DNA of 64,000 nt from assembly GCA_019057795.1 (NCBI GenBank), contig JAHLWS010000078.1:96001-160000 (forward strand), read 5' to 3'. The notes beneath the pieces are model-generated. The model had not been told where the DNA came from, searched no databases, and saw only the letters and a program-made list of their open reading frames with translations. The stretch comes from Promethearchaeota archaeon (lineage in GTDB: Archaea; Asgardarchaeota; Lokiarchaeia; Sigyniarchaeales; SOKP01). The position numbers were made by a program, and so were the translations under genes. This document shows, one piece after another, positions 39,796 through 51,299 of the stretch (the first letter of the stretch is position 1; the number at the start of each line of letters is the position of its first letter).

Positions 39796-40066
39796 TTATT
39801 CATATCCGCATTTAAATTTATTATAATTCCATCATTAGCTATTGATATTAATACAAAGTTAATGACAAGAATTTTTTATAACTTAAAATAAAATTTTTAT
39901 CTTTTGTATCAGACTTCCCGAACCCTAATTAAAACCTTACGATTTTTGTAGGTGCAAAAGATTAAAGCTTTTTATATCAACATGAATTATCTTAAATCAC
40001 CATATTAATTAATTTAATTAATGTCAATAAAATATAGGTTGAAATTTAAAAAGAGGTTAAATAATA

Positions 40067-40501
40067 ATGGTAGATAAAGCATTATTAAAAGAAATTAAGG
40101 ATAAAATCGATGCGGGAGCGGCAGCTGCCGACCCAAAAGATACTCTTAAAGTATACGAACTTTTCAAGCAAGTAGCGGAAGAGAACGAGGACTTAAAAGA
40201 GGAACTAGAAGATATGGATATTACCATCCAGATGAACATTACCGACAAGGATGCTAAGTTCTGGTTGAAGGCACACGATGGTACATTGGAATTTGGCGAA
40301 GGTGATGTTGAGAACCCATCGTTTACTTTTTCCGCCACTAATGAAATTGGTGCAGGAATGCTTTTTGGCGAAGTTGACGCCACCAGTGCATATATGGCTG
40401 GTGATATCACGGTTGAAGGTAATTTACAAGATGCAATGGCTTTTCAAGAGATTATTGAACTCGCCTTAGAAGCTCTTGAGGACATGTTTGAAGAGCTTTA
40501 A
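40067..40501 (+). CDS. SCP2 lipid-binding domain protein (acidic)
   Basis: GEVDATSAYMAGDITVEGNL. Confidence 0.9.
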   Translation: MVDKALLKEIKDKIDAGAAAADPKDTLKVYELFKQVAEENEDLKEELEDMDITIQMNITDKDAKFWLKAHDGTLEFGEGDVENPSFTFSATNEIGAGMLFGEVDATSAYMAGDITVEGNLQDAMAFQEIIELALEALEDMFEEL

Positions 40502-40825
40502 GTTATCTTAATTTTCCATCAACTTTAAAAATTATTTTATTTTTTATTTTAGCTCTCAGTTGTTTTTTTATGCAAATTTAATTTTTCGTTAATTCTTACT
40601 AATTAAAAGCAAGAAATATACGACATAAATTGCAAAATTGTATACTATCAAACTATAGTAATTATGGATTTCACTGTGTAATTAGTAAAAGAAATAAAAC
40701 CTTTTTATATAGTAAAAAGTTATACTAACTAGTATTTATTTAATCAATAAATATTTTGAAAATTAAATTCAATAAACAAAAAATAAAATCAAATGTGTAA
40801 ATAAACCAAAAAGGTTGATAATAAA

Positions 40826-41260
40826 ATGGTTGATGAAGCATTATTAAAAGAAATGAAAGTTAAATTTGAGGCTGGAGCTGCTGCCTCTGATGTTATGGAC
40901 TCGTTAAAAGTTTTTGAGATGTTCAAGCAAATTGCTGTAGAGAACGAGGACTTGAAAGAGGAACTAGAAGATATGGACATAACCATCCAAATGAATATTA
41001 CAGACGAAGACAAAAAGTTCTGGTTGAAGGCGAAAGAGGGAACTTTGGAATATGGCGAAGGTGATGTTGAGAACCCATCCTTTACATTCTCTGCCACTAA
41101 AGAAGTTGGTTCAGGCATGTTGTTCGGCGAAGTTGACGCTACAAGCGCATACATGGCCGGTGACATTACCGTTGAGGGTAATCTTCAGGATGCAATGGCC
41201 TTTCAAGAGATTATTGAGCTCGCATTAGAGGCTTACGAAGATTTAGTCGAAGATTTGTAA
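40826..41260 (+). CDS. SCP2 lipid-binding domain protein, tandem duplicate
   Basis: Same length as, and very similar to, 40067-40501. Confidence 0.9.
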   Translation: MVDEALLKEMKVKFEAGAAASDVMDSLKVFEMFKQIAVENEDLKEELEDMDITIQMNITDEDKKFWLKAKEGTLEYGEGDVENPSFTFSATKEVGSGMLFGEVDATSAYMAGDITVEGNLQDAMAFQEIIELALEAYEDLVEDL

Positions 41261-41339
41261 TAAATCCCGAATTTAAACTATATTAAACCTTTCGTGAAAT
41301 CTCTTATATTTTTTTTTTATTTTATTCTATTTATTAAAT

Positions 41340-42605
41340 TTAATTTTTTTTTTCAAGTTTGAAGATTTTGTCGTTTTTTTTGACAGGTGTATCAACTAAA
41401 ATACCTACAGTAAGTCGTTGAGTTTTCGATTTAACTAAGGGTGTTTCAGTTAGATTACTCTTTTTTTTAATCTGCAGTGAATTAATTATTTGACGCAAAT
41501 ATGTATCAGTATGAGTTCCAATTATAAAAATCTCGTCCTTCAATTTTAATTTACCTGCAGTTAATAGTATTTTAGCCGCTTTTTTTTCCGAGTAATAAGA
41601 AAGAACTTTTCCAATTTCGACTTTTTTATAATTCGAGATATTTCCATCAAATTCTCGTAGAATTTCGCTTCCTTTTGGGCGCTCAAAGTAGAATCCCGTT
41701 GAAAAACCTCTGTTATACACCTTACTTAATCGTGTGAGCCATCCTTTGACCTTCTCTTGGGTAAATGTATTATCGTAATAAGCGTCAATTGCTTCTTTGT
41801 AGCAAGAAGTAGTTTCTTCGATATAGATTGGGTCTCTCATGCGACCCTCTATTTTAAAAGCGTCGATTTTAGCTTCTATTAATTCGGGGATATGCTCGAT
41901 TAAACACAAATCTTTTGCGTTGATGAAAAAAACTCCATCATAGAGAAATTCGTTTGATTGATCGTCGTATACGCGCCATCTTCTACGACAAGGTTGAACA
42001 CACCTTCCTCTGTTAGCAGAATACTCTTGAGACTCACATGTTTCGGCCGAGAAATAACAACGACCGGATACCGAAGTACATTGAGCACCGTGCACAAAAG
42101 TTTCAATTTCAGCCTTTTTTATTTTACTTTTTATTTCTTTAATTTGTTTCAGAGATAATTCTCTAGCAAGAATTAATCTTTGGGCTCCCAAATCTTCATA
42201 GAATTTTGCAGATCGAGAGTTCGAAATATTAGCTTGAGTTGAGATGTGAAAGGGTAATCCTTTCTCTTTGACGACTTCAATAGCTCCAATGTCGTGAATT
42301 ATGACGGCATCAATCTCTGCTTCTGCGGCTTTATCTAAAATAATATTGAAGAGGTCGAACTCGTTTTCATATATTATTATGTTCGTAGTCATATAAGCCT
42401 TAATATTATTGTTATGGCATTTTTTCACTATATTGTTTAACTCTTCTAATCTGAAATTATCGCTAAACATTCTCATGTTAAAAGCTTCTATGCCAAAATA
42501 GACCGCATCAGCTTTACCTAAAACAGCGTTTAAGGATTTATAGTTTTTTAAAGGCGCCATTAGTTCCAGTCTTTTATTAGCTGTATCCAACATTTTCAAT
42601 ATCAA
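41340..42605 (-). CDS. Peptidase U32 family protein (TrhP/RlhA-like)
   Basis: ETFVHGAQC..SGRC...NRGRCVQPCR, FKIEGRMR. Confidence 0.92.
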   Translation of the reverse strand: MILKMLDTANKRLELMAPLKNYKSLNAVLGKADAVYFGIEAFNMRMFSDNFRLEELNNIVKKCHNNNIKAYMTTNIIIYENEFDLFNIILDKAAEAEIDAVIIHDIGAIEVVKEKGLPFHISTQANISNSRSAKFYEDLGAQRLILARELSLKQIKEIKSKIKKAEIETFVHGAQCTSVSGRCYFSAETCESQEYSANRGRCVQPCRRRWRVYDDQSNEFLYDGVFFINAKDLCLIEHIPELIEAKIDAFKIEGRMRDPIYIEETTSCYKEAIDAYYDNTFTQEKVKGWLTRLSKVYNRGFSTGFYFERPKGSEILREFDGNISNYKKVEIGKVLSYYSEKKAAKILLTAGKLKLKDEIFIIGTHTDTYLRQIINSLQIKKKSNLTETPLVKSKTQRLTVGILVDTPVKKNDKIFKLEKKN

Positions 42606-42655
42606 CTTATGTAAAATTACAAATCTTGAATAAAAAAAAAAATTGATAGATTTTA

Positions 42656-44377
42656 TTAAATTGCGGTAAACCAGAGATAGAAAAGGAAGGCGCCAATACC
42701 AAAGAATATCACTGCTAAGATATAAGTCATATGCTTCGAGTAATTGCGATATCGTTTGCCCGATTCTGTCTCAATCGTGTCGACTTGAAGGTATGGACCT
42801 GGACCTCTTCTATACCACCCTTTAATTCTTACTCGTTGTCCTACTAATCTGTTAGCTTTCGAAAGAGCCCAAAAAAAGTCTACCAGGCCAAATCCGAATC
42901 GGTAATCGATGTACATTAGGCCGGTGTTATCTTGGAAGTATAGATCTTCTCCAAAGTAATAACCTGGAATTCCTTTTCCCACTATTTTCCCTTCGATAAT
43001 TGCAGGAACTGGACGAATTGGCGATACTTTTATGTTGGTAATTAATTCAACTATGTTACTAGGTTCAAACTCGCTTCGATACATAAAAGAAGTTCGTCCT
43101 ATAACTCCCAAACCCATAATGAAAAATCCAATAGCCCATAGAAGAATCAAATTGTTTAATGTAATTAAGGTTCCTATGGATATCAAACCTATTAATCCCA
43201 GGATCCAGATGGCTGTCATTCCAGCTAATATTATAAGAATAATCGTTGGCAACTGTTTAATGAAAATATCGGTAATGAATTCGCCGACCATAGATTTTCC
43301 TACTTGTTGTTCTTTAATAATTCTTGCCTCAGAAAAATCATATTCAACAGGTACTCCATAGGTGGCACATTGTCCATTTAATCGTTGGATTCTTTTCGCA
43401 GGTAAAGGATGGGTGCTAAATACTTGAAAATATTTTGCCCAAGGATTAAAAAGATCCCATCCTGCGGCTGCTTGAACTACTCTCTTCGAAACGCGACCAT
43501 GATTGTCCATACTTTGCGCAGCTAACTGACTCGCTTTCTTCGGATCGAAAATCCCCAAACCTCGAAGTCCTCTTACGCTTGATTTTTGCCTTTCTTTTAT
43601 TTCAGCTTCGGTACCGCCCGCTATCAATCCATACGCTATTTTGACTAAAGCTGTGGATAATGTATTTGGGTTTTCAGTCAACTCAGCAGCGTGTTGATCC
43701 GCAAAATATTCTCGAATTCGACTAACGAATAAAGACACTAAGTATCCAATATAATAAGAAATATAAGATACAACTGCGACGACAATTAATACTAAAACAA
43801 TATAACTTCCTGCATCATCATCTTTAGAGCTTCTGAATAGGCCTGAAAAACGAACGGTGAAGTAAGCCCATCGGGCTATCGTTAATAAAATTAAAGGAAT
43901 AGCAAAAACTACTGTCATTAAAATGAAATCATTGTGTACAACGTGTCCTAATTCGTGAGCAACTACTGCACTTTGTTCGCCTTCGTCTAAATAATGTAAT
44001 ATTCCGTCAGTGATTACAATTCTCGCGCTATTCTTTGTATAACCAAATGTAAAGGCTTGGGGGTTTAAATCGTGAATTATTCCCATTCTAGGTGTTTTAA
44101 TCCCCCGAATTGCCACAACTTTATCTATTACATCTGCTAAATGTGGATATTGGTGTGCATAAACTTCGTAGGGAATCCAATCGATTCTGTAAATTAATCT
44201 TATCATTAATGGGGAAATTCCATATTGAAACAGTATGATTAAAACAGTAAAACCAATCATTAAAGACAAACCTAATAGATTACTTGGTAAAAACCAAACT
44301 CCGATAGTAAAAACCAACGCATAGATAAGGCCAAATAAGAATAAAATTGCCATTGTTGATGCTAATTTCAATCCCAT
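42656..44377 (-). CDS. htpX: M48 zinc metalloprotease HtpX with C-terminal extension
   Basis: HELGH, SRIREYFAD, FSTHP. Confidence 0.88.
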   Translation of the reverse strand: MGLKLASTMAILFLFGLIYALVFTIGVWFLPSNLLGLSLMIGFTVLIILFQYGISPLMIRLIYRIDWIPYEVYAHQYPHLADVIDKVVAIRGIKTPRMGIIHDLNPQAFTFGYTKNSARIVITDGILHYLDEGEQSAVVAHELGHVVHNDFILMTVVFAIPLILLTIARWAYFTVRFSGLFRSSKDDDAGSYIVLVLIVVAVVSYISYYIGYLVSLFVSRIREYFADQHAAELTENPNTLSTALVKIAYGLIAGGTEAEIKERQKSSVRGLRGLGIFDPKKASQLAAQSMDNHGRVSKRVVQAAAGWDLFNPWAKYFQVFSTHPLPAKRIQRLNGQCATYGVPVEYDFSEARIIKEQQVGKSMVGEFITDIFIKQLPTIILIILAGMTAIWILGLIGLISIGTLITLNNLILLWAIGFFIMGLGVIGRTSFMYRSEFEPSNIVELITNIKVSPIRPVPAIIEGKIVGKGIPGYYFGEDLYFQDNTGLMYIDYRFGFGLVDFFWALSKANRLVGQRVRIKGWYRRGPGPYLQVDTIETESGKRYRNYSKHMTYILAVIFFGIGAFLFYLWFTAI

Positions 44378-44591
44378 TTCGATTCACTTAAAGTTCTAAT
44401 TTTACTTTACTAATTTTGGATAAATTTATTTATTATTTTATAATAAATCGTTAATAATATTCATGTAACATTAACTAATTAATATTTTCTATTAGATTTG
44501 TAAGTTTGACAATATTCAATATTCCGAAAAGAATAAAATAGAATTTTCTTACTAATATTTCAACAAGACTTGCAATATTCATTTAGGTGGT

Positions 44592-45221
44592 TTGGTTATA
44601 AATACCGATTTAAAGCGCTTATATAAAGTTACAGATAATCTTATTAAACAACAGTTTTATTTAAGTGGTAGCGATACAATTATCGGTAGAACGCCTGAAA
44701 TATCAATTAAAATAAAAAGCTCTGGTCTAGTTGTTAAAAGATTTACGGATCTCTTTAACGATAATATTCAATTGTTTTTAGAAGGTAATTACCTAAGCTT
44801 TTTTCAACCTTTTAAAATAATTAAAGGAATTGACGATAATTACATAAGAGAAATATATCAAGATATACAAATCAAATTAACGGCAATGCATGGTACGGAT
44901 TTTGATGTAGTAATTTTATATACAATTGTATTAAGTTCTTTAATTACAAGTATTCGAGACATACACTTTGATAAGTCAGTACAAGAAGTTATTAAAAGAG
45001 TATGGAAGAAATCAGATAAAATGAGCCAAAAACAAATTCAGATTGAATTGGATAAATTGTATATGCATAATAACAAAAATGTTTCGATTTTATATAATAT
45101 TTCCTATCTTGATGCGTTAGCAGAATCCTTTCATTTTATGAAGACTGCTCGCACATGCAAAATCCAAAAAAGCAAATATATTAACCGTATTGTAAATTTG
45201 ATACTTTTTTCAAAGAACTAA
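44592..45221 (+). CDS. Hypothetical protein
   Basis: 209 aa ORF, AGGTGG RBS. Confidence 0.7.
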   Translation: MVINTDLKRLYKVTDNLIKQQFYLSGSDTIIGRTPEISIKIKSSGLVVKRFTDLFNDNIQLFLEGNYLSFFQPFKIIKGIDDNYIREIYQDIQIKLTAMHGTDFDVVILYTIVLSSLITSIRDIHFDKSVQEVIKRVWKKSDKMSQKQIQIELDKLYMHNNKNVSILYNISYLDALAESFHFMKTARTCKIQKSKYINRIVNLILFSKN

Positions 45222-45328
45222 GAATGTGATGATAAAACACCAAAAAATTAAAAAAAAAAATTTCTCTAACCAAATCCAAATTTGTTAGATGATAGAAAGC
45301 TTGTTTTGATTATATTTAAAATTGTTTA

Positions 45329-47278
45329 ATGCTTATCGATAATTGTAAGGCTAAATATATAATTGGTGATTATTTGTCCAACTATCGTAATGAAGACTTA
45401 TCCATTTTAATGAATAAATATAGTAAAAAAAAAGTATCAATTACAAAAGCGATTAAAAATTTCATAAAACCAGGAGACCGGATATTTATAGATTCAGGCT
45501 GTGCAGAACCAATAGATTTAACTAAGAAGCTAATAGAATTAGGTTTAGAACTTCCTGATGTAGAAATCCTGCACTTTCTTAGTTTAAGCGATTTAGATTA
45601 TTATGAAACGGCTGGTGGACTAGAAGATTTATTTAGACATAATGCTTTTTTTATAGGAAAATCACTTCGCAAATACATTAGAGACGGTCAAGCGGATTAC
45701 ACTCCAATTCTCTTATCTGAAATTCCTTGGTTATTTAAACTAGGTAAAATGCATTTAGATACCGCACTCATTCAAGTAAGCCCACCAGATAGATATGGCT
45801 TTTGTAGTTACGGTATTAATGTAGATATTGTTAAACCTATAGCAGAAAGTTCCGAATATGTAGTAGCCGAAATTAACCCCAATATGCCCCGCACATTAGG
45901 TGACTCGTTTATCCATATGGACGACATAGACGCGTTTATTATTTCTAATCACGATATTATTGAGTTCAGTTACGGAGAACCTGATGCTGTTTCTACTAAA
46001 ATAGCAAAATTTGTAGCATCCCTAATAGAAGATGAATCCACTATCCAAATGGGCATTGGTGAAATTCCAAATGCGGTTACTATCGAATTAGCAGATAAGA
46101 AAAATTTGGGGATACACAGTGAAGTTTTTTCAGATGGTATAGTAGATCTTGTCGAAAGTGGAGTTGTTACCTGTAAAAAAAAGACGATACATAAGGATAA
46201 AATAATCTGTTCTTTTGTTATGGGCACCAAACGATTATACGACTTTGTGGACGATAATCCAATGGTAGAATTTCATCCGTGCGATTATACAAATGATCCG
46301 TTTATAATTAGCAAGAACAAGAAGCAAATTGCGATTAACGCGGCGCTTTCTGTTGATTTAACTGGACAAGTAAATTCGGATTCGATTGGACATCAATTTT
46401 ATAGTGGAATTGGGGGACAAGTTGATTTTGTGAGGGGCGCTGCTCGATCTAAGAATGGGAAACCAATTATGGTTCTTCCTTCTACGGCCACTATGAAAGA
46501 TGGGACTTTAGTCTCTCGAATCGTTCCATTCCTTCAACCTGGTGCGGGAGTGGTAGTAACTAGAGGTGATGTACATTACATTGCAACTGAGTGGGGGTTA
46601 GCTTATCTTTATGGAAAAAGCATACGAGAAAGAGTTCTAGAAATGATTAACATCGCTCATCCGGATTTTCGAGAAGAACTATTAGAACACGCGAAAAAAT
46701 GGAATTATATCTATTCTGATCAGACCTTACCAGTTTCTATTGATGGTAGAATAAGCGTTTATCCCGAAAAATACGAAACTAAATTGGAGTTAAGGAATGG
46801 AAAAACCATCAAGATTCGTCCAGTAAAACCAACTGACGAAAGAATGATCCAAGAACTTCATTATTCCTTAGATGATAGAGATAGGTATTTTAGATTCTTT
46901 TCTCCCATGAAAGATTTTCGTCACAAGAAAATTCAACCCTTAGTTAATATCGATTATACTACAAATATGATATTAATAGGAGAATTTAACGAAAAAGGAA
47001 AAGATAATATTATTGCGATAGGGGCATTCTTTAAAACGTTCCAAGCCTCCTTCGGAGAAATTGCGTTTGTTGTTCATAGAGATTGGAGAAATTTAGGAAT
47101 TACTAAATTCTTTTTAAATTACTTAGTACAAATTGCTAAAGAACTCAATTATAGAACATTTGGCGGTTCAATTTTATTAGAAAATAAATCTATGCTCCAT
47201 GTTATTAATACATCTGGCTATACATTAAAAATAAAAAAGATTGAAGAAGGTGTTACTGAATTTGCCTTTGATCTGTAA
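45329..47278 (+). CDS. Acetyl-CoA hydrolase/CoA-transferase fused to a GNAT domain (true start may be downstream)
   Basis: QMGIGEIP, GIHSE, SGIGGQVDFVRGA, IAHPDFR; C-terminal GNAT (EIAFVVHRDWRNLG). Confidence 0.92.
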   Translation: MLIDNCKAKYIIGDYLSNYRNEDLSILMNKYSKKKVSITKAIKNFIKPGDRIFIDSGCAEPIDLTKKLIELGLELPDVEILHFLSLSDLDYYETAGGLEDLFRHNAFFIGKSLRKYIRDGQADYTPILLSEIPWLFKLGKMHLDTALIQVSPPDRYGFCSYGINVDIVKPIAESSEYVVAEINPNMPRTLGDSFIHMDDIDAFIISNHDIIEFSYGEPDAVSTKIAKFVASLIEDESTIQMGIGEIPNAVTIELADKKNLGIHSEVFSDGIVDLVESGVVTCKKKTIHKDKIICSFVMGTKRLYDFVDDNPMVEFHPCDYTNDPFIISKNKKQIAINAALSVDLTGQVNSDSIGHQFYSGIGGQVDFVRGAARSKNGKPIMVLPSTATMKDGTLVSRIVPFLQPGAGVVVTRGDVHYIATEWGLAYLYGKSIRERVLEMINIAHPDFREELLEHAKKWNYIYSDQTLPVSIDGRISVYPEKYETKLELRNGKTIKIRPVKPTDERMIQELHYSLDDRDRYFRFFSPMKDFRHKKIQPLVNIDYTTNMILIGEFNEKGKDNIIAIGAFFKTFQASFGEIAFVVHRDWRNLGITKFFLNYLVQIAKELNYRTFGGSILLENKSMLHVINTSGYTLKIKKIEEGVTEFAFDL

Positions 47279-47298
47279 CATTCATTAAAACAATTAGT

Positions 47299-48588
47299 TC
47301 ATTCCTTTTTAGCTTTTAAATATTTAGATATTTTCTTTGCTAACATTTCTTGTTTTTTCCAATTTCCATCAGCCAATCCTTTTGAAGTTAGTTCTGAAAT
47401 TACCTTTCTAATTTTTTCTTCGACCTTTTTCACTTTCTCATTCGCAAAAACTGTAAGAGGTAAGGGCATAAAAGTGTGCGTATGTATATTTGCTCCCATA
47501 TCAGACAAATCTTTCATTAATTTAATTGTGAGATCTACATCTTCCTCTGTTTCGTTAGGCAAGCTAAAAATAAAGTCTACATTTGCTAATAGGCCGTTTT
47601 CTATCGTCAATTTAACAGCTTTATAAACAGATTTAACAGAGTGACCTCTATTACACAAGTCTAAAATTCTCTGACTTCCCGATTGGGCTCCAATTGTTAT
47701 GTTATCATTAGTAGCGTATTTTAAAACCAATCCTAAAGTTTCATTAGTCACATGTTCAGGTCTAACTTCAGATGGAAACGATCCTAAGAATATCCTCCCT
47801 TTCGGTTTAATTATTTCTCTTATTTGAATTAATAATTCTTCTAATTGGGGAAGATTAAGCGTTTTTCCATCTAATGAGCCGTAAGAAAAAGCATTTGGAG
47901 TTATAAATCTTATATCTGTTTTATTAAAACTTTTCATAAATTTAACTGTTTTACAAATTGAGTTAATACTTCTATGTCTTGGAAGAGTTCCCAAAATATA
48001 AGGTGTTTGACAAAAATAACAAACATAAGGACAACCCCTAGTTATTTCAATTGCTCCAAACTTTACATTTTTAACAGGTAAAGGAGGATATTTATCCAAA
48101 TTGATCCATTGTCTTTTTTCAGTTAGTATAAAGTTATTACCTACATCAAGATAAGCAATTCCAGTTATATCATTAACATTCTCATCATTCTTAATCTTTT
48201 TAAGAATTTCTATTAGAGTTTCCTCGCCTTCGCCCTTCACGACTAAATCAAATCCCATTTCAAGAGTTCCTTCTGGATCACCTGTTGGATGAGGGCCACC
48301 CGCGATAAATAAAGCTCGTTGGATATATTTTTTCCGTAATATTTTAATTAAATCAAGAATCTCCCATAATTGAGTTGTAAAAAAAGATATTCCTACTACA
48401 ACTTTTTGATGATTTTGAATTATTTTTTCTAACTCGTCAATAAGGTTTTCATAGCCACGAATAAAATAAATCTTAATGTCATCTAACCCGCGCTCAGTTT
48501 CAATGGCACCAATTAACGCGTTGAAACTATAAATATTTTGTTTTTGATACAAAACAACTAATGCTATTTTTGATTGCAAATATAACAC
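47299..48588 (-). CDS. B12-binding radical SAM protein (TIGR04013-like)
   Basis: GGPHPT, GEGE, EITRGCPYVCYFCQTP. Confidence 0.9.
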   Translation of the reverse strand: MLYLQSKIALVVLYQKQNIYSFNALIGAIETERGLDDIKIYFIRGYENLIDELEKIIQNHQKVVVGISFFTTQLWEILDLIKILRKKYIQRALFIAGGPHPTGDPEGTLEMGFDLVVKGEGEETLIEILKKIKNDENVNDITGIAYLDVGNNFILTEKRQWINLDKYPPLPVKNVKFGAIEITRGCPYVCYFCQTPYILGTLPRHRSINSICKTVKFMKSFNKTDIRFITPNAFSYGSLDGKTLNLPQLEELLIQIREIIKPKGRIFLGSFPSEVRPEHVTNETLGLVLKYATNDNITIGAQSGSQRILDLCNRGHSVKSVYKAVKLTIENGLLANVDFIFSLPNETEEDVDLTIKLMKDLSDMGANIHTHTFMPLPLTVFANEKVKKVEEKIRKVISELTSKGLADGNWKKQEMLAKKISKYLKAKKE

Positions 48589-48690
48589 AACACAAAATAA
48601 GATATACTCTTTTTGGTATTATATATTTAAAGTATATTTTAAATTAATTCATAACAAAAAAATCAAATAAAATGTCAGAGTGATATAAAT

Positions 48691-49140
48691 ATGTTATTAA
48701 ATTGGTTTTTTGCAGAAACAGCACTTGAAGTAGGAAGATCCTGGTTTGACTTTTATTCAATAGGCCACATTTGTTTTGGTATAGGTTTGTTCCTTTTCTT
48801 TTCGCTGTTCTATACTATACCCAAAAAACATGGTAAAACGCCTATTTTCTCGCTAGTCTTCGTATTTATTCTTAGTTTCGCATTTATAATTTTATGGGAA
48901 GTTTTAGAGAATTTCTTGTTCATTGGATTGGGATGGAAATTTGAGAACCGGCTCGACAGTTGGCAAAATATTACAACAGACATCATAATAGGTATTCTCG
49001 GAAGTCTAATTTCTTGGCTCTTTTGTCACGAGGTTTTTGTGAAAGATAAAAACATTTGGGCTTATTATATTTTTGGTATTATCGGTTTTGGATTGTGGCT
49101 TGTTGTGTTTATTATACTACGCGCTCTTACAATAACCTAA
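48691..49140 (+). CDS. Hypothetical membrane protein
   Basis: SIGH...WEVLE...D pattern, 4 TM. Confidence 0.7.
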   Translation: MLLNWFFAETALEVGRSWFDFYSIGHICFGIGLFLFFSLFYTIPKKHGKTPIFSLVFVFILSFAFIILWEVLENFLFIGLGWKFENRLDSWQNITTDIIIGILGSLISWLFCHEVFVKDKNIWAYYIFGIIGFGLWLVVFIILRALTIT

Positions 49141-49231
49141 GCAAACCTTTTATTTCTAATATAAAACAATTTTTTTAATAACTTATTTTCTTTTTCTACT
49201 ATAGATTTTATGGTTTAAGGAAAAACTGAAT

Positions 49232-49969
49232 ATGGTAAATATTAAAGATTTTATTGAATATAACAGGGGATCAATTCCATTAATTATCTCCGTCCCTCAC
49301 GGCGGTACAACTAAATGTGACCATATACCTCAGAGAACTAACGGGATCCATGGATTAGATAAAGATACAATAAAATTAGCACGTGAGTTAATTGAAAAGA
49401 TTAAAAATGTCTTTAAATTTAAGACGCCATCCTATATCATATCAAAAATCCAGAGAGTAAAAATAGATTTTAATAGAAATTCATCTGAAGCATTTGATCA
49501 AAAATCAGAATTGGCTAAGAGAATTTATCGTTTTTACCATAATAAGATAGAAGAATTAATTTTATACAATTTAGAGACTTTCAATAGTTCAATGTTAATA
49601 GATATTCACGGATTTGAAAAAGACAAAAGACCAAAAGGATTTCGAGACGTTGAATTAATTTTAGGAACAAATAATTTAGAAACATTGTATCCTAATTCGA
49701 TCCCCAAAAGGGATTGGGGTAAAAATCTTCGGGGGAAAATAGTAAAGAAGTTTAACAATTTAAATATAGCCATAGCGCCCGGTCATCATTTAAGAAGAGA
49801 GTTTGTTTTGACAGGGGGTTATATCACGACGAAATATGGTGCAAGTCATATTAAAAATAGTCAAACCATTCAAATTGAATTTTCTGATAAAATTAGACTA
49901 TATGATAAAGAATTAAAAAATATAGTACTTTCAACGCTTGCAGATTTGCTATATAAAGAATTTGGATAA
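49232..49969 (+). CDS. N-formylglutamate amidohydrolase-like protein
   Basis: ISVPHGG, DFNR, IDIHG, GGYIT, QIEF. Confidence 0.82.
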   Translation: MVNIKDFIEYNRGSIPLIISVPHGGTTKCDHIPQRTNGIHGLDKDTIKLARELIEKIKNVFKFKTPSYIISKIQRVKIDFNRNSSEAFDQKSELAKRIYRFYHNKIEELILYNLETFNSSMLIDIHGFEKDKRPKGFRDVELILGTNNLETLYPNSIPKRDWGKNLRGKIVKKFNNLNIAIAPGHHLRREFVLTGGYITTKYGASHIKNSQTIQIEFSDKIRLYDKELKNIVLSTLADLLYKEFG

Positions 49970-50153
49970 AAAGCACTATAGATTTTATTGTAAATATTAA
50001 ATAGAATTTTTACTGTGTAAATAAAAGATTATTGATAGTAATTTCGCTTTATTGGTATTTATTTTAATTTTAAGATAACACATGAAGAAATTTATATAAA
50101 AACACACCATATAGGATATAAGAAGTGGAATTATTTAGATTACAGAAATTTCT

Positions 50154-50489
50154 ATGAACGAGGAAAAAATTGACATTAGCGATTTAGAATCATTCATCAA
50201 TGGTTTACAAGTCTCATTAGATATGCTTGCTGGCGCCGATCCTTCTAAATCAAAAGGATTTCAAGCCCAGTTAGCTAAAACAATATCGAACTTAAGAATA
50301 AAGAGAGTCGAGCAATTTGAGCCGTTACCTAAGATTTTAGGAAATGTAACGAAAGAAGACATTAAAAAGTACTTAACAAAAGAGTTAGAACAATTAATGC
50401 GTTATTTAGATACTCAAGAATACCCTAGAGGAAAATACGCTTTAGTAAAGAAAATCGTTCATTTAAGGGCTGAAATTAACCGAATGTAA
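50154..50489 (+). CDS. Hypothetical protein
   Basis: 111 aa ORF. Confidence 0.65.
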   Translation: MNEEKIDISDLESFINGLQVSLDMLAGADPSKSKGFQAQLAKTISNLRIKRVEQFEPLPKILGNVTKEDIKKYLTKELEQLMRYLDTQEYPRGKYALVKKIVHLRAEINRM

Positions 50490-50528
50490 TATGATGTTAT
50501 TTCTAAACCTTACTTTAATTATATAAAG

Positions 50529-51299
50529 GTGATTAAAATTCTAATTGATGTGCACTGTCACGCAAATCTTTATTTGGATATTGACAAAGTTATTAATGAA
50601 GCTAAAAATGTAGGAGTTGAAAAGATCATTGCTGTAGCAATGAGTTCTATAAGTCAAAGGAGAGTCTTAGAAATTGCTGATCAATATAAAGAGATTTATG
50701 CTGCTTTAGGAGTTCATCCCGAGGAGGTGAAAATGAATAGAAACATAGAAAATCAGTTAGAATCAATCATAGACTTAATCAAAACCAAAAAAGAAAATAT
50801 ATGTGCTATTGGAGAAATTGGTTTAGATCACTATTTCGTTAAAGATAAAGAGTTATATCCTCTTCAAAAGACAATTTTTGATAAAATGTTATTGCTCGCT
50901 CAAGGTTTGGAACTCCCAGTTAATCTCCACACAAAAGGAGCTGAAAAAATAATTTTTGATACCCTGCCTTCATATAAAATTCCTAATGTCAATATTCATT
51001 GGTATTCAGGACCAGAAATTTTTTTAAAAAAAGGAATCGATAGAGGTTATTTCTTTTCTATTACCCCTGCTCTTAGTTATTCTCCACCGGTAAAAAAAAC
51101 GGTTTTAACTGTGGATATAGAACATTTACTTCTAGAAAGCGATGGTCCAGTTAAATATACAAGAAAAGTTGGTACACCCGCTATGATAAGAGATGTTTTA
51201 AACACTATATCAAAATTAAAAGAAATTCCGGTAATTGTGTTAGAAAACCAAATATTAGATAATACAAGAAAAATTTTTCCTAAAATTTTTGAAAACTAG
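50529..51299 (+). CDS. tatD: TatD family nuclease
   Basis: DVHCH, GVHP, GEIGLD, LESDGP. Confidence 0.92.
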   Translation: MIKILIDVHCHANLYLDIDKVINEAKNVGVEKIIAVAMSSISQRRVLEIADQYKEIYAALGVHPEEVKMNRNIENQLESIIDLIKTKKENICAIGEIGLDHYFVKDKELYPLQKTIFDKMLLLAQGLELPVNLHTKGAEKIIFDTLPSYKIPNVNIHWYSGPEIFLKKGIDRGYFFSITPALSYSPPVKKTVLTVDIEHLLLESDGPVKYTRKVGTPAMIRDVLNTISKLKEIPVIVLENQILDNTRKIFPKIFEN

